A program made the position numbers and the translations under genes. Under the pieces are notes generated by a model. That model was given only the letters and a program-made list of their open reading frames with translations. It was not told the origin of the DNA and did not search any database. Below are positions 36,889-50,725 of a DNA stretch of 64,000 nt, piece by piece; the stretch's first letter is position 1; each line of letters starts with the position of its first letter. The DNA is from Takakia lepidozioides (Eukaryota; Plantae; Bryophyta): positions 9,001-73,000 of the forward strand of contig JAKLZA010000030.1 of assembly GCA_030704615.1 (NCBI GenBank). Reading direction: 5' to 3'.

Positions 36889-39800
36889 CCTCAAACAACG
36901 CCCTCGAAGAAGCCCACTCCCTCCCAGGTGTGCAGTGATGAACTGCTTGTCTACAACGCGGTTGGATGCAGCTTCACAATCTGCACAGAGAACTTCCGAG
37001 ATGGTTTCCCTCTCAGCTTCCCAGACGGCCTTCCTCGGCTTCCGACATGGCAACCGTCTGACACTCTCACCGCCTTCCTGCCAACTGGGTTTCAAAACTC
37101 CTGCTCTCCCAAACCTGCTCCTCCCCCCTCCTCCCAACCACGTGGAAAGCAGAAGCTTCTCTTACTACAAACCCTAATCCCATCAAACAGGGCTGCAGCT
37201 CAAATTCCTTTGCCAACTCAACAAGGCGGGAAAGCCCTTTTCTTTCCTTTTTCTTTCTGTTTTAGGGATTGTGGTATTTGGCTTCCAGAGGACTTAAAAG
37301 AAGATGGAAACTGGAAATTGAGTAGAGGGAGAGAATCCTGGTTAGACTGCTGGGAGTGCTGGGAGTGTTGGGAGTCCCAACTCGGAACGGAAGCTTTCCA
37401 GAATTCTGTGAATCTGGGAGAGGGAGGTACCGGGAGTGTTGGGAGTATATGGTTTGGAGGCAGGGATGGACGGGAGGGACGCATCGCCTGCTGAGATCTG
37501 CCGAACTAATCTCATGTGGACTCGTTGGGACTGGTGAACATCAAAGGCTGCACGTTGTAAGTAGTCTGGGATCGACATGTCATAGAGATCTGCCGAGCTT
37601 CTTGAGCACGCCACACACAAGTATCAAGTAGAACCAGGCAAGCTGCAGTCGCCTACCGCATGCAACTTCCCAGTGCGGAAATGCGAAGGTACGATGGATT
37701 TTTAGTATTGGAACACATTTGGTCTTAAGTTTAGCCTCTTGCAAGTTGTATAAACGACTCAGGATAAAAGGGTGCGATTTTTCTTATCAGCACAGGGTGC
37801 AGCCCAAACGAAGCACTGAGTTGAGGCATGGCAAGAGAGCTCCGTTTAACGTGAATAAGCACGGTGTGTAGGACTTGGGGGATCAAACACAACGTACAAG
37901 TATGCAGATTCTCACGAAGAACTTCGCTTCAGTGTGCAGATCTTTACTTGATACAAAACACGGAGCTGCCACTTGAACTTATTCCCAGGCCTGCAAACTG
38001 CATGTACACGGCTGCGGCACCGATCGTAACATAGGATTAATTACCCCCATTCCGCAACATCCCCACCCATTACATATTCTGAAGCCATTGCCCCTTCCAA
38101 CAAAGCTAAGACTCAGAGTAAGATCATCGCACGCCTCTTCCCTCAGGAACTTAATGACAGATCTCTGGTGCCTGAACCTCTTCATCCACCCCCGCTCACA
38201 AACATCAGACTGCAGAATGTGTATTAGTTCTAGAACAGACAGCAATAGAGGGGTTCCAGTGCACGTATGGGCGACGTCTGTTCAGTACATATGCGGAATT
38301 ACAAGGACTCATGGAGCCGTGCAGACGCAGACCACCCGAGTGACTCCCTCCCACAATCCTTGGCGCTGTCAATTCCAACCGACGAGACTTAGTGATCCGC
38401 CATTGAAGCTGGCAGTAGATGTCGTAATCCTCTCTCGACCCTCGCTTCGCCATGGAATTGAAGTTTTCATTGCCTCCGAAGTTGTGCACTTCAATCAGCA
38501 ATAAAGCACCTCGCAGTCATGTTGAAGAAGCCAGATCACTATCTCTTGAGAGCCAAGAGTACAACGGCAAAGGGTGGAGGTGATGCACCTCCACGCAAGA
38601 GCAGCCATCAAAGCAACTCCGGAGCGAGCTGTTGATGAGCGAGAGAGACGATGAGAACGAATGTGCACCCACTCTGTCCACATAATTTTCCTTAACCCAG
38701 ATTAACTTCCAACGACTAATATATATCCCATAACTTTTGCCCATATCTTTGTACTGCCCACTTATAAATATCGGGGCCCTCCCTTACTTCCCGGCTGTGC
38801 TCGGAGAAATTCTTTTTCTCGGATGTTGATCCAGTAATAAAACCGAAGTATTTCTTCCTATCTAAATATGCGTGTCTGAGATTCTGCGACCCGGTACGCC
38901 GGAGCGGGTCCCGGCCTCTGCCGGGATCCAGCGGGCGTATATGTGCCCATGCGTGCATTAAACACGCTGATGATCCATCGATTCTAATCGATGGCTGGGC
39001 ATTGATTGTGAGGGGGCTTGTGAGTGATATTTAGGCGTAACCTATATTCTAGAGTATGAATCGGTAGCCAGGCAGGAATAATGCTTTAGGAAGATTGGCA
39101 GTGTGGGATCGGCAACACTCACACTGCGGCCCCTGACTTAATAACTGCCTTGCAGTCAGCTGCCTGGCCTTGAGACTCTGGTGCACAAATGAGAAGAGAG
39201 AAAACCCAGTTGTTCACACTCACACATGGCCCCATAGCCAATGCGGGAGTGAGGAGAACGAGCGCTGTTACCACTACCTATGCCTCACGCCGACACGACC
39301 GGTAGTGTATGTCCAATCACCTCCACCATTTTCTGACACTGCAGTTTGCAAGGGCACGAGATCCAACATCACAGACAGCATCACAACCTTGGCCGCATCC
39401 AGAGTCCAGACATGGTGGGGGCGATTGCACGACATCCCAAAATATGCCTTCTCGCTCATTCTTCACGCATCAATCGTTTTGTCTCGGTTCTTTTGCTGTT
39501 ATTTTGTCACGACTTTTGCTACAGCTTCCTCTTCATTTAAAAAATTAGTAGCCTACATACTTTTGCAGATTGAGGCAGCCAAAAGATTCAAATTCGCAAC
39601 CTATTTAGACGTTCCAGAGTATACAGATGCTTCCTGCTCTACCTTGATAGCTTTCAATTCATGAAGTAATTGTACTACGCTGCTACAAGACTCGACATTG
39701 TTAGCCAAATAGAGGGCCAGAGCAACGGAGGGAGCTTGAAGACAAACAAAACTCCAATCTCGTCAGTCACATAAGTCTCGTTTCCACTCTGCCTCAGCGA

Positions 39801-41445
39801 GGCCTTGCCGAAAGTATTTATCCCTGCCTAAAATTAAAGACACATCAGTCTCTACGATGGTACTCTCCACCTTATCATCATCCATCCAAACTTCATCTCA
39901 AACCATCCACAAATATGCACATCCATCCAAGGCTCATCCAACTTCTCACAGAAGATATTATCACCCTGGTTCAGACAGGGCAGCGGGCAGCCTGCGGTCG
40001 TAGTTATGACGCATTAACCGCAGTAACTATAATTACGCCAGCCTGGTCTTGCGCTTGGGGGCTGTGTTTTGGCAGGCTAAAGTCTGGCGAAACCTGGTTA
40101 TATTCATATTCTGGATTATTTACTTACCAATTATGAGATGATGCCATCGCCATAATTAATACGCCAGCCTGGTTTTACGCTTCGAGTTTCGAGAAAATAG
40201 GCGGCAATTGGCGAGTAATATAAAAAAACGCTGCCGACCTAATCTGGCTGTAGCCCTAATAAGTGCTGCCCGACTGCTCATGCGTACAAACGATATGGGA
40301 CTATTCAACCATCATTACGTGCATGCTCCCCCGCCATCATCCCTGTCAGCCCTTGTCCGCCACCTTTTCCAATCTATTTCTTATTCTACTTCTTGCCCTA
40401 ACTTCTACTCTCACAATTCTCCTATTTTGTATTTAGTCGAATTTATAAGGCCCATTCTGTTCCTCCTTTGTTTTATCAGAAGAAAAAGGCTACTATTTGA
40501 AGCATCCTGGTCTATATGGCGACAGAGGCAAGTAGGTGGAAGGATTTGAACCCAGAATCAGCTGGGTGTCGCTCTTGATGTATCTTCATACTTGTGACCT
40601 TACTTACTACGACTGTACAGTCCTTCACCGCTTGTTTCTTGTTGCCATTATTATTATTATTTACTAATGACTCATATATACTTTTGTGTATATAATTTTT
40701 TAATAAAACAAATAAAAGGGCTGTACGGTATATTCTATGGCTATGCTCTTTCTTTTCTTCTTTTTAACAAATTTATAATTGTGAAATATTTGTATAGCAT
40801 ATTTATAGGTTGAGTTCCCGTGTTGCGTCCCAAAAGAAGGGGCGACCGGATGGACCACCGGTTGCGTTTTGGGAGGAGTAGGAAGCGCCGGTGGAAGTGA
40901 CCGGTCAGAAGCGGTTGGTGTGACAACTGGACACTTGCCGCGCTTCTTCGTTACGTACCACCGTAGCGCTTTTCTGTTCACCGGATTTCTCCGGTGGCTA
41001 GAACGGGTCGCCCCGGTCGCCCCGGAGGTCCAATCTCGAGTTCTGGGCTGCGAGGTTCAGGGCTCGAATCCCTGTGGCGAACTTGATATGGTGGGTTTGA
41101 ATTGAACCCAGGGGTGACGGCTAGGGGTGCAGGCCTGCATATTGAGGGGTGCCGGTATAGTGCAGTGTGGGGGGTGATGTGGAATGAATTTGGAGGGCCC
41201 ACCAAATTTTGTCTTTAGAAATGTGGGCAGAGAGCTCGGGTTCAGTGAGAGACACGACTGAAATTTGTTGTGCGAAGAGGGTGTAATTCTTGGCAGGCCC
41301 TTCGCAGTACTGCAGCTCAGTCTTTGGCTTCACTCAACTCCTCTTTGTTTCACTGAAGGGAAGGCGAGACGAGAGAGATGCGTCTGTAGCTGTGTCAATG
41401 CTGGTGCTGCAGCCTATACCTTGTGTGTGCGGGATCTGTACAATA

Positions 41446-41643
41446 AGAGAGAGAGAGAGAGAGAGAGAGAAGAGATTGGAAGCAGATTGAGTAAAGTGGG
41501 AGGGTGGAAGGAGAGAATCGGATCGCTATGCAGCTCAGAGTGGGCATTGACGCAGCTTCCGTGAAGCCATTGTGAGTTGCTGATTGCACTGCCTAGAGAG
41601 TTACAGATGGTGTGTGTGTGTGTGTGTAGGAGAGAGAGAGAGG
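41446..41643. repeat. (GA)n and (GT)n microsatellites in the subtilase upstream/5' UTR region
   Basis: AGAGAG... at ~41446-41470; GTGTGT... at ~41610-41627 followed by a GA run. Confidence 0.9.
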
Positions 41644-42191
41644 GTGCACTAGTAAATATGCAAATGCTGATCGTGATCCACACCTGAAGGTGAGAGTGTT
41701 CATTAACTGCGTCGGTCGATAGCAAACAGCTCCAGTTACCATACCGTCGGACGTATACTGCAGAGGAAGGTACAATGAAGGTACTTAGACCCAAAGATCC
41801 AATTGCAGCCTAGAGAGAAGAAAAAAATTATCGTGTTGGGAAAGGGAGGGAGAGAGGAATTCGGACGTTCAGGAGAGCTTAGGCATAGAGCGGGATAGTG
41901 GCGTCTGAGCTGGACAAGCCAATTGTAAAGAAGCGGAGAGGAGAGAGAGAGGGATCGGTTGCAGATTCTCGAGGGAAGCTGCTTGTATGACGCAGGAGAA
42001 AATCTGGACCGCAAGAGGATTTGATCTTTCGGGGTGCCTGAGCTGTCGGATCTAATGGGGGGTGAAACTGGAAATCAGTGGTGCACATAGACACTCAAAG
42101 GAATTGCTAGCGAGGTAAGAGGGAGAAGAGTTGGGAAGCAGGGAGACTTCCAAGGTCATACCTTTGCAGACAGAAAAGCGAGTGCTCCACT

Positions 42192-45100
42192 ATGAGCTGG
42201 GGAAAGGTTCATAGAATGCGGAGGAATTTCCCAATGCAGGCATCCTACGTACTGCTATTACACTGCTGACATCAATACTTGCAATGAAAGCGGAAGTTTA
42301 TATGGTGGTTGTGGAAGGAGATGCAGTGGTACATTACAATGGGGAATTCCAGGCCTGGTTGCCACTTCTCATCTCTTCACACAAGAAGGGAGGTCTCACC
42401 ATCACAAGTATGAATTTCGCTTTCCAGCGTAGATTTCGTGGGTTCGATGTAGCCATGTCTGTGTCCTGTGGGTATGTCCTTTCTAAATGAATCTTGTGAC
42501 GCTGGCTCCAAATGAGAATAGGTTCATATGTACAGTCTATAAACGTCTTACCTCCTCCCTCTCGTTGTGCTGAAGACCGTGAGGCATATGACACCTAAAC
42601 CTTGCAAAGCTGGAATGCTGTAGTGTTCGCATATTTGATTGAACCTCCGTACAATTGCTATGTGGTCCGAAGCTCGGAGAGAAGAGAAAATACCGAAGCA
42701 AAGAAGAACAAAAATTGTGCTGAAAGCCCCTAAGCCCTCCAGATTTAAGAACGGTTCTCTGTCTCCCTCAGGATGAATACCAGCATGTCATGTGGGATAT
42801 CTTGGGACCATGCAGATCGCCTCGGGCTCTTGTTGTCTCTGGAGTCTCTGTTGTAAGGCTGAGTTGTACCAGTATCGCATGGTGGTTTCAAATGTACGAG
42901 GGGAAGAGTAGTGTAGTATGAAGAAACGTGCTTCGTCTGTCTTCTCTTTTAAATTACATGTGATGTTGTACTTCGCAATGCACTATCTTTGCCTGAAGTG
43001 AGTATGGCTTTGGTTGCAGACCGCACAATCGGAAAGCAGTGGATGCATACAAAGTGCATTTGACGGAACAACACGAATCCTGCTGCAAAATTCCTTCCCT
43101 ACTGAACCCTACATGAAACTTTACAGCTACAACCATGTGCTCAACGGCTTTGCTGTGCACATGACACCTGAACAGGTACTTCTCCATCTTGTAGTGTCTA
43201 TGCGTCCTCCTTGGCTTAGCTGACCTCTTCTCTCGTTGTAAACGAATTTTCGGGTAACTGCGTTTAGGGAGTATTTATTGGTGTGCAGTGCTGAAAATGT
43301 GGATGGATCTGGACTTTTGATACCTGCGGATACTCTGTTGTAAGAAAATCTGAGGTCTTAAAAAGGCTTGCATAAGAGCATGCAACTAAGAGTGACATAG
43401 CTCTCTTTCTCCATTTTGCTTTTTGCATACCTGTCCCTCCTCCATTTGCCTCTTTTAGAGAATCACCCGCAACAACTGAGACCCATGTTTTGTGTGTAAA
43501 GGCAGACATGCTAGCAAAGTTACCTGGTGTAAAATGGGTCGAGAAGAACTCCAGAGTTAAAAAGGCTACCACCCACACACCCAGTTTCCTCGGACTACCC
43601 AATGGAGTTTGGTCTCGAGAAGGGGGACCTAGTGCTGCAGGGGAAGATGTAGTTATCGGCATAGTTGATACTGGGATTGATCCCAAGCATCCCAGCTTCT
43701 CGGCCACCGGACTGAAGCCTTTTGGTTCCATCCCCCGGTACACTGGAAAGTGCGAAGTTGCCAAGGATTTTCCTCTGGGTTCCTGTAATGGAAAGATCAT
43801 AGGGGCTCAGCACTTTGCAGCAGCTGCCACAGCAGAGGGGGCGTTCAATTCATCCCTTCACTTTGCATCCCCTCTTGATGGAGATGGCCATGGAAGGTTA
43901 GCTGGTTTTCTCCATAGACTGATTTTACTAAGCAAGCATGCAATTTGTCATCAATCATTAGTATATGCTCATGGTTAGATGAATTCAAGGGCTAGGGGTG
44001 TGAAGTGTAGGTGCTAATGTCGAACTTGGGTGTCACGCCCACTTAGCCAGCAAGGGTCTTCTTCAATTTTCAACGATGACCATCTTGCAGATGCTTTTGA
44101 TTTGTGAACTTGAACAGTGTCTTTGAGGAAAAATTATATTGCTGTAGGGAATCACCATATGCCAAACTTCAGAATGTTTCAGTAAAGAGAAACAGTGGAG
44201 AATCCTCACGAGTGGCTTGCTCAATTGTGGGGTTCTGCTGTAGAAACTCTTCTGAATATCACTACATGCCTGGTTTGCTTACTCCACACAGTATTGAAGA
44301 AGTATGTTTGGTATGCACAGCCACACGGCGTCAACTGCAGCTGGAAACCATGGAGTGCCAGTTATATTGAATGGCTACTGCTATGGCAATGCTAGTGGCA
44401 TGGCCCCTCGAGCCCGGTAAGCAGTTTTTGACAAATCCACACATCAAACTCTGGTTAGGCTCTTGTTTGATCAACATGCCATCAATTGACGTTTGTGAAT
44501 TACCTGTGACTTTTACTTTCATCTTTCTTTGAACTGCAGGTGCAGACCCTTATAAGAAGCTTCACTCTTCTACCCATTCAATGCATTCATTGATAGTAGA
44601 GACTTAGAGTGAAAACAAAAGCTACTAGAACATTGGGTCTTGAGGGATGGTCAGGGGAAGTCAGCCAAGGACCCTGGGGAATTGTTGCCTGGTTTGATTG
44701 ATTCTAGGTGCCTAAGGCAGTGTCTTCTTCCATTCTTCTGTGATGATTTCATACTCACTTTTGTGGAGGTTTCATCAAGTGCCTTCAGTACACCGAGCCC
44801 ATCATTAGTCAATTGAACAGCACGTACCGTACTTCAGAACTAATGTGTTGACAATTGTTTTGTGTAATTCCAGAATAGCAGTCTACAAGGCCCTTTACCG
44901 GCTTTTTGGGGCTTCATTGCAGATGTTGGCAGCAATCGACCAGGTCCCCCCTGAAAACTTTAAAAACTGCATCTTTTCATCCCTCCCTTTAAAGCAACAT
45001 TGTAAAGTTTCTTTCTTTATTACCAGCACCTCTTATGAGCTATGTGCTCAGTAACCAGGACTGGAGTCACCAGCAGAGTCCATAGCTACCTTACTGATGT

Positions 45101-47990
45101 TCCTTCTTTTGAATCTTAAGGTTTTGCTCATGGAGAACATAACAAGGTATGAGAGTTAACAAATATTCTCGGTTGTTGCCTTGCAAACAGGCGCTGTCGC
45201 GGATGGAGTGGACATACTTTCTCTCTCGCTAGGGCCAAATAGTCCACCCTCAAGCTCAAATTCAACTTTCTTAAATGTCTTTGATGTAGCTCTTCTCTCG
45301 GCTGTAAAGTCAGGTGTCTTGGTAGTTCAAGCTGCAGGGAATGGTGGACCATACCCAAGAAACAATACTATCTTTCAGCCCTTGGATTGTGTCAGTGGCT
45401 GCAGGAGTCGACGATCGATCGTATCCAAATTACATCAGCTTGGGAACAACGTGAGCTTGTCTGGGCTGGGTTTGGCACGTAAGTACTTGTATGCAAGTGT
45501 GCGTGAGAAAGAGAGGAGGTAGAGCAGGAGAAACTGAGACTCTCACATTGCTTGGTGCATGCAATATCTGGCATCTTTTCAGCTAGGACTTGCTGCAGGA
45601 CTGTGCGTGTCTGTCTGTGGGTAGGGAGAAAGCAACAAGGAGGGAGTACATAGTTTTCTCACAGATGCTTGTCTGTATGTCACAGCCCCTACACGCGGTC
45701 AGAGGCTTCACACATTGATCTTGGCAGATGATGCTGTTCAGAGCCAATCAAATCCCCTCTCTAGCCCAAGTGTGCCAAGAGCCCTCCATCTTCAACAGAG
45801 CATTGCTCCAAGGAAAAATTCTCTTGTGTACCTATTCCTTCAACTTTGTCTTTGGTGGGGCTTACAATGCAGCAAGTTGTGTCCACTGTTCGGAACTTGA
45901 GCGCAGCTGGATTTGTCATGGTGGTCCAATCAGATGTTGCAGGGAGCAAGTTTGATCCTATACCCATGGCAACGCCTGCAATTGTTGTTACCTCTGTCCA
46001 GGACTCACAGGTATAATCACTCCTCCCACCTCTGTTTCCATAGATCTTGAGCGTATGCGTGTCAATACATCTGGAGCAGATAAAAAATTACTCAACTGAT
46101 GGTTGTCCTGGTTTTCTCGAGAGACAGGCTTTACTTGATTATTACCACAATTTTACAAGAAGAAATGCAGCTGGGAAGGCTCTGCTCTTTAGGGCTCAAG
46201 CGAAGATTGGCAATGGGCAGAAGGCAATGTTCACTGGAGAACCCCAGCAAGTTGCCCTCTTTTCATCGAGGGGACCAGATATCCGGGACTTCAGTTTTCA
46301 GGGTGCTGACGTATTGAAACCTGACATCATGGCGCCTGGCTACCTGATCTGGGCTGCATGGAGCCCATTAGGCATTGATGAGCCTGAGTTTCAAGGTGGG
46401 TTTTCTCAACTGATCTTTTAAGGGGCCGTTCGAAGTTTTCACGTCATTGTGGTATAGAGATATAACACTTGCAGCAGCAAGGTGACAAAAGAAATAACAA
46501 AACAACTTTTATAATCCACAATAGCCCATGGGACATTTTAGAACAAACCAAGAAGTACTTAAGGATACCGAAAGACAGAGAGAGAATGACTGAGAATAAA
46601 AGAAGTCTATTACATCCACGGGAGGCCCAAAGGGCCAAAGGTTCACATTTAGAACAACCAAAAGAAACAAACAAGAATCCCAAACTGTTACATATTTCAG
46701 GAAGAGAGGTGTACTGACTATAATTAGCACTGTGGGTGCCTTAGGTTAGGAGAGCATAGAGGCTGATTGTGTGTATGGTTCCCATCAATTCATGGTGCTG
46801 GCCATTAGCCCTGGACCTTGGTCTGGCTGAGCAGCAAATGAGGGTGTAGAGAGATGATTGGGGATGCCAAGGTAGGTGGACCACAATATGGAGTGGACTT
46901 TTGCAGACAGCAAGCAGGGAGTCAAAAGTGTCCTAACGTGTGGGCACATGGGCAGTAAGAGTTTGCGATGGTCTCTGGAACTAGCATGGCAACACCCCAT
47001 GTGGCTGGCATTGCAGCCTTGCTTAAGGAAGCTCACCCAAGTTGGAGCCCAGCTGCCCTCTCTTCAGCTCTGATCACCACGGGTGACATTGCAGATCATC
47101 ATGGAGTATCTCTTCAAGCTCAGCAGGTCTCTGGGTTGGGAGCCCATACTGGGAGCTGCTACTTCATTTGATTTTTGGAGCGGAGCGGTGAATCCCACAG
47201 CTGCCCTTGATCCGGGACTCATCTTTGATGCAGGTTTGTAGTTTCTTCTCTTCTCTTTCTATGCTTCGATAGAGAACTTTTGGCCCAAAGTTCTGTTCAC
47301 TTCAGCTTCTAGTTATGTGAAATAACCATTTTCCGAGCTCTCACCCACGAGGCCTTTTAGAACTATCGAGCAGTAGTTTTTCTTGGCTCTGGTTTTGTTT
47401 CCTCTCTCATGTTTTATTCCATTTGTCCCATAAGCTCTTTGAGCTTTCTGCGGATATAAAGTACCATATCATTTCATTTCCCTTGCCTCCCTTAGTTGCC
47501 CTCAGGCCCCCTTTTATAGAGCAGCACAATCTGTTTGTTGATTGATGGATTTGAATCGCAATGTGTTGAACAGGCCATGATGATTACATAAGGTTCCTGT
47601 GCTCTGTACAAGGAGTGACTCCTCCTTATCGGTGTACAATACAACCGGTGGCACTGCTCGGGGGCTGTTGGAGCAAAAAAGATCTTAACTTGGCTTCCAT
47701 CACCATTACAAATCTCTCGGCACCCGAGTTGTTCCGAGGACAGTGACAAATGTTGCCAACAACATTGAAAACGTACCCTTGGACAAGTCCAGCGCAATGT
47801 CTCGTTGACCGTCAATCCTGTATCTTTTACAGTAGGTAGAATGCAATCACAGAGTTTTACAGTGATTTTGAGGGCTACCAGCACCACAGATGTCACGACA
47901 TTCGGAGAAATTGTGTTGAAGGGAAGCTCAGGACATAGTGTACGTGTCCCTGTCTCCGTGATGAGCAAGACAGTGACCTCCGCCAGTTAA
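42192..47990 (+). CDS. Multi-exon subtilisin-like serine protease, SBT2.5-like (start and exon edges approximate; apparent 1-bp indels)
   Basis: I9 prodomain ([13 protein letters not shown]), [11 protein letters not shown], catalytic D (GIVDTG), H (DGHG/HTAST), N (AAGNGG), S ([12 protein letters not shown]), PA and Fn3 domains; GT-AG introns. Confidence 0.92.
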
Positions 47991-50085
47991 TCTCTCATCC
48001 TAGGGCCCCCTTCTCACGATCTTACTCGTCTTAGCAGTAAAGATAGTCGCCTTGACCCCTTAAATCGGAGATGGTTATACTATCTAGGTCACCATAGTCC
48101 TAACAGTTTTGGCAGCTAGAAACATGAGGGAGACTGAATCCCGAGGGAAAAAAGTCTGGGTTATATGCCTAGTTGTGCAGAGGAAGAGAGTTGTGTAACA
48201 TAACCCCAAATCCTTTCATCCCTATGCCAGATCTCAGGAAAGGTGTGAAAATTTGGTGGAAAACCAACAGTGTAGTTTTTGCTTTGTATATTTCACACAA
48301 TGCAGCCTTGTATCATTTTTGTTCTCCAATCTGTCTCCACATGTATGTTTTGCGGAGTTTGCTGCCCAACCTTTGGTTGCATCTGTTTGAGGCCCCGATT
48401 CCAGTGTGCACCGAGCTTGAGCACGAGACAGCATTTCCCTCTTGGACAAGGTTGTAATTGTGATGTTTATAGTATGAGGTTCGCAGCTCTATCCACATCC
48501 TTTACATCAGATCGGATTTCAGGACACGGCCCAAGATGCCTATGCAACAAACATCAAATGTTCCAACCCAACGACAGTGGCCACAATTCGGTGCTCTATG
48601 TACAGCCGCTTTCTCAAATCTTCAACATTCCTTTCGTGAGATGTGAAAAGTGGCCCCCACTCCTCCAGATGCGTGGGGATGTGATGGGCCCAGTAGTGTG
48701 TGAGGGAAGTTACTGTTGTGATTATCCGCTCGGCTGCATTCACTTGTCAGCTGTACGCAACTTAGGGAGTCTGTTGATATAATTTAGCATTCTAGCAAGT
48801 AGCTACATGGTATAAGCGTCATTGTATATCCTCTAAAGCAAACAACATATTTGTATGAGTCGTTCGTTCCGAATTGAAGAAGATAACATCACAACTGCAA
48901 GCTTCGCAATGGAATGAGAATCCAGGGCACCCGCCCACTTTCGGGACATTTGCGCGTCATTGAAGATGTTGATAATGCAAGTGAAAGAAGAACTGGGATC
49001 ACGGAATTGACATCAAAGGCTGAAACTGGGAATCTGATTTAAGCCTCTGTAGTCCCTGTCTGTGCATGAAGATGACTGGGGACTGGCAACCTGTTCCTAT
49101 TGTGCATCCTGTCACACTAGTCGTACCACTAGTCTGCATAAGTCAGCCAGCAACGTTTAACTGCATGATTGCCCAAGTAACGACAATAAGATGCTCTGCG
49201 ACAACTCTGCGAGATGGAGGTTTCGATTTTGTGAAAGCTTGATTGTCTATTGAACAGATTCTTTTTATTGTGACGTGCCACAGGACGCTGTCCTCCAAAA
49301 GCATTGGACATGGAATTGAGAATGAATTTTATGTAACAGCTTGGGCTCTCCAAGCATGTAACTCGAGTGGACAGCAAGCACAATGGGGCTCAAAAAGAGG
49401 GGCCGAATCAAAGAAAAACATCTAGAACTCAGGTCCAATGTGGACTTAATCTGGCTTTTGCATACATGTGTGTAACATTTAGCTCCGATCTCAGCCGCGA
49501 CGAGGGATCCCCGTGCGCAGCAGGTGGATTGACTTCAATTTTCAAAGCCATCTCCATCTAGCTCCCTCTACGGTACAAACCGGCCATCTCGACTCCCTTC
49601 TTCCTCGGCCCTTCCGCTAACAGTGTGTAGCAACCTGATGGCGGCCTCATGTGAAGTCTGTGTTTGTGCACAATCAATGAGGAGTCGTAATTCTTGCATA
49701 TGTACCAGGCTCTGTCGACCTCTCTTATCCAATTGAATCCTCGTCTCTGCTCCAATCTGTCTAGGAAGTCTATGGGGCTCCGGATTTATGGGTAGCGCAA
49801 TATGGATGCCATGGTCTGCACCGTTCACAGGCTTTTGAAACAGAGAGAACCCAGAGCTCCGAAAGATCCATCTTTGTGATAGATCCGTCACAATGTGATA
49901 TTGAATCCTGCCGTGAATGAGTCTATCATGGATTATATGTGCCCTTCGTTGAAACAGATACAAGAGGATAGAGGGCAACTTATTTCCGAGGAAGGAGGCT
50001 AAATTGGATATCATGGTCAAGGGCATTTGCAAAAAGGCACAGAAGAGACAGACGACAAGATCTCTGGAGGTATGAATATTCACCT

Positions 50086-50725
50086 TCAAGCTATTTCAGT
50101 GCCCTTAATGCTTGCCATACTCGAAGTTCTCAGCAAGCTTTCAGTATTCGAGGAGGTAGCAGCGACTGCAAAGCCCACACCGTGCCGCGAAGTAGTGCCA
50201 AAAGCGCAGATCACAGACACTACCAAACCCACCAGCAATGGAACGGTTTCACAACCGAGCTAGGAAGCTGAGGATAGTAGCAGGTTGTAACTGGCGTGGT
50301 TAAAAGTGTGAGGGTTGCTAAGGCAACAACAGACAGAGTCGCGTTGATGAAGTCATCCCTATGAAGCAGGTATCTTTTTCCACCTCCTGTGTATGTCGAT
50401 TTAGTACAGCCCGTCAGACCTGACAGCTTGAAGTGGGGATTCCATAGACCCTTTCTCGTCACAAGGCCATAGTAGACAGTGCCGTTCTCTCCCTTGTAAC
50501 TGTCGGTAAAGGAAGAAAATGCACATAGGATGCCTAGTAGTGTCAGGGTGACGGCCGTTACGATCTTCTCTGTGGTTCCGCACGCGCCATTGTTTGTGGC
50601 CAACGGAGCCAGAACCTGGAACACAAGGAACGTCCCTGTGGTAGAATATTGGAGAGCTGCGTGAGGAGATCCGTCGATATTTTCGATAAGCTGGAGCTCG
50701 ATGTTGACGAGCTGGCTGTCGCCAT
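50086..50725 (-). CDS. DMP: DUF679 membrane protein (DMP family); two apparent 1-bp deletions
   Basis: Reconstructed MATASSS...LSNILPTGTFLVFQVLAP..TNNGAC..CAFSSFTDSY..VYYGLVT..GLW..DF..A..CYYP..VPLLVGLVVS....TSRHGVGF. Confidence 0.88.

Noticed and set aside
38966-38995. CTGATGA followed by hairpin CCATCGATT-CT-AATCGATGG as a hammerhead
   Set aside because: No GAAA after the stem and no stem I/III pairing.
37900-40550. Several 60-165 aa ORFs (e.g. 38205..38501, 39170..39664) and a TATA-like site near 38765
   Set aside because: No recognisable domains or splice structure; cannot be supported as genes.
40985-41082. tRNA gene (A-box-like GGTGGCTAGAACGG, B-box-like GGCTCGAATCC); similar reverse B-box near 40540
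   Set aside because: No convincing cloverleaf or acceptor stem; at most tRNA-derived SINE remnants.
48173-50089. ORFs 48279..48782 and 49568..50089
   Set aside because: Lie in 3' UTR/intergenic sequence between convergent genes and show no protein-family motifs.
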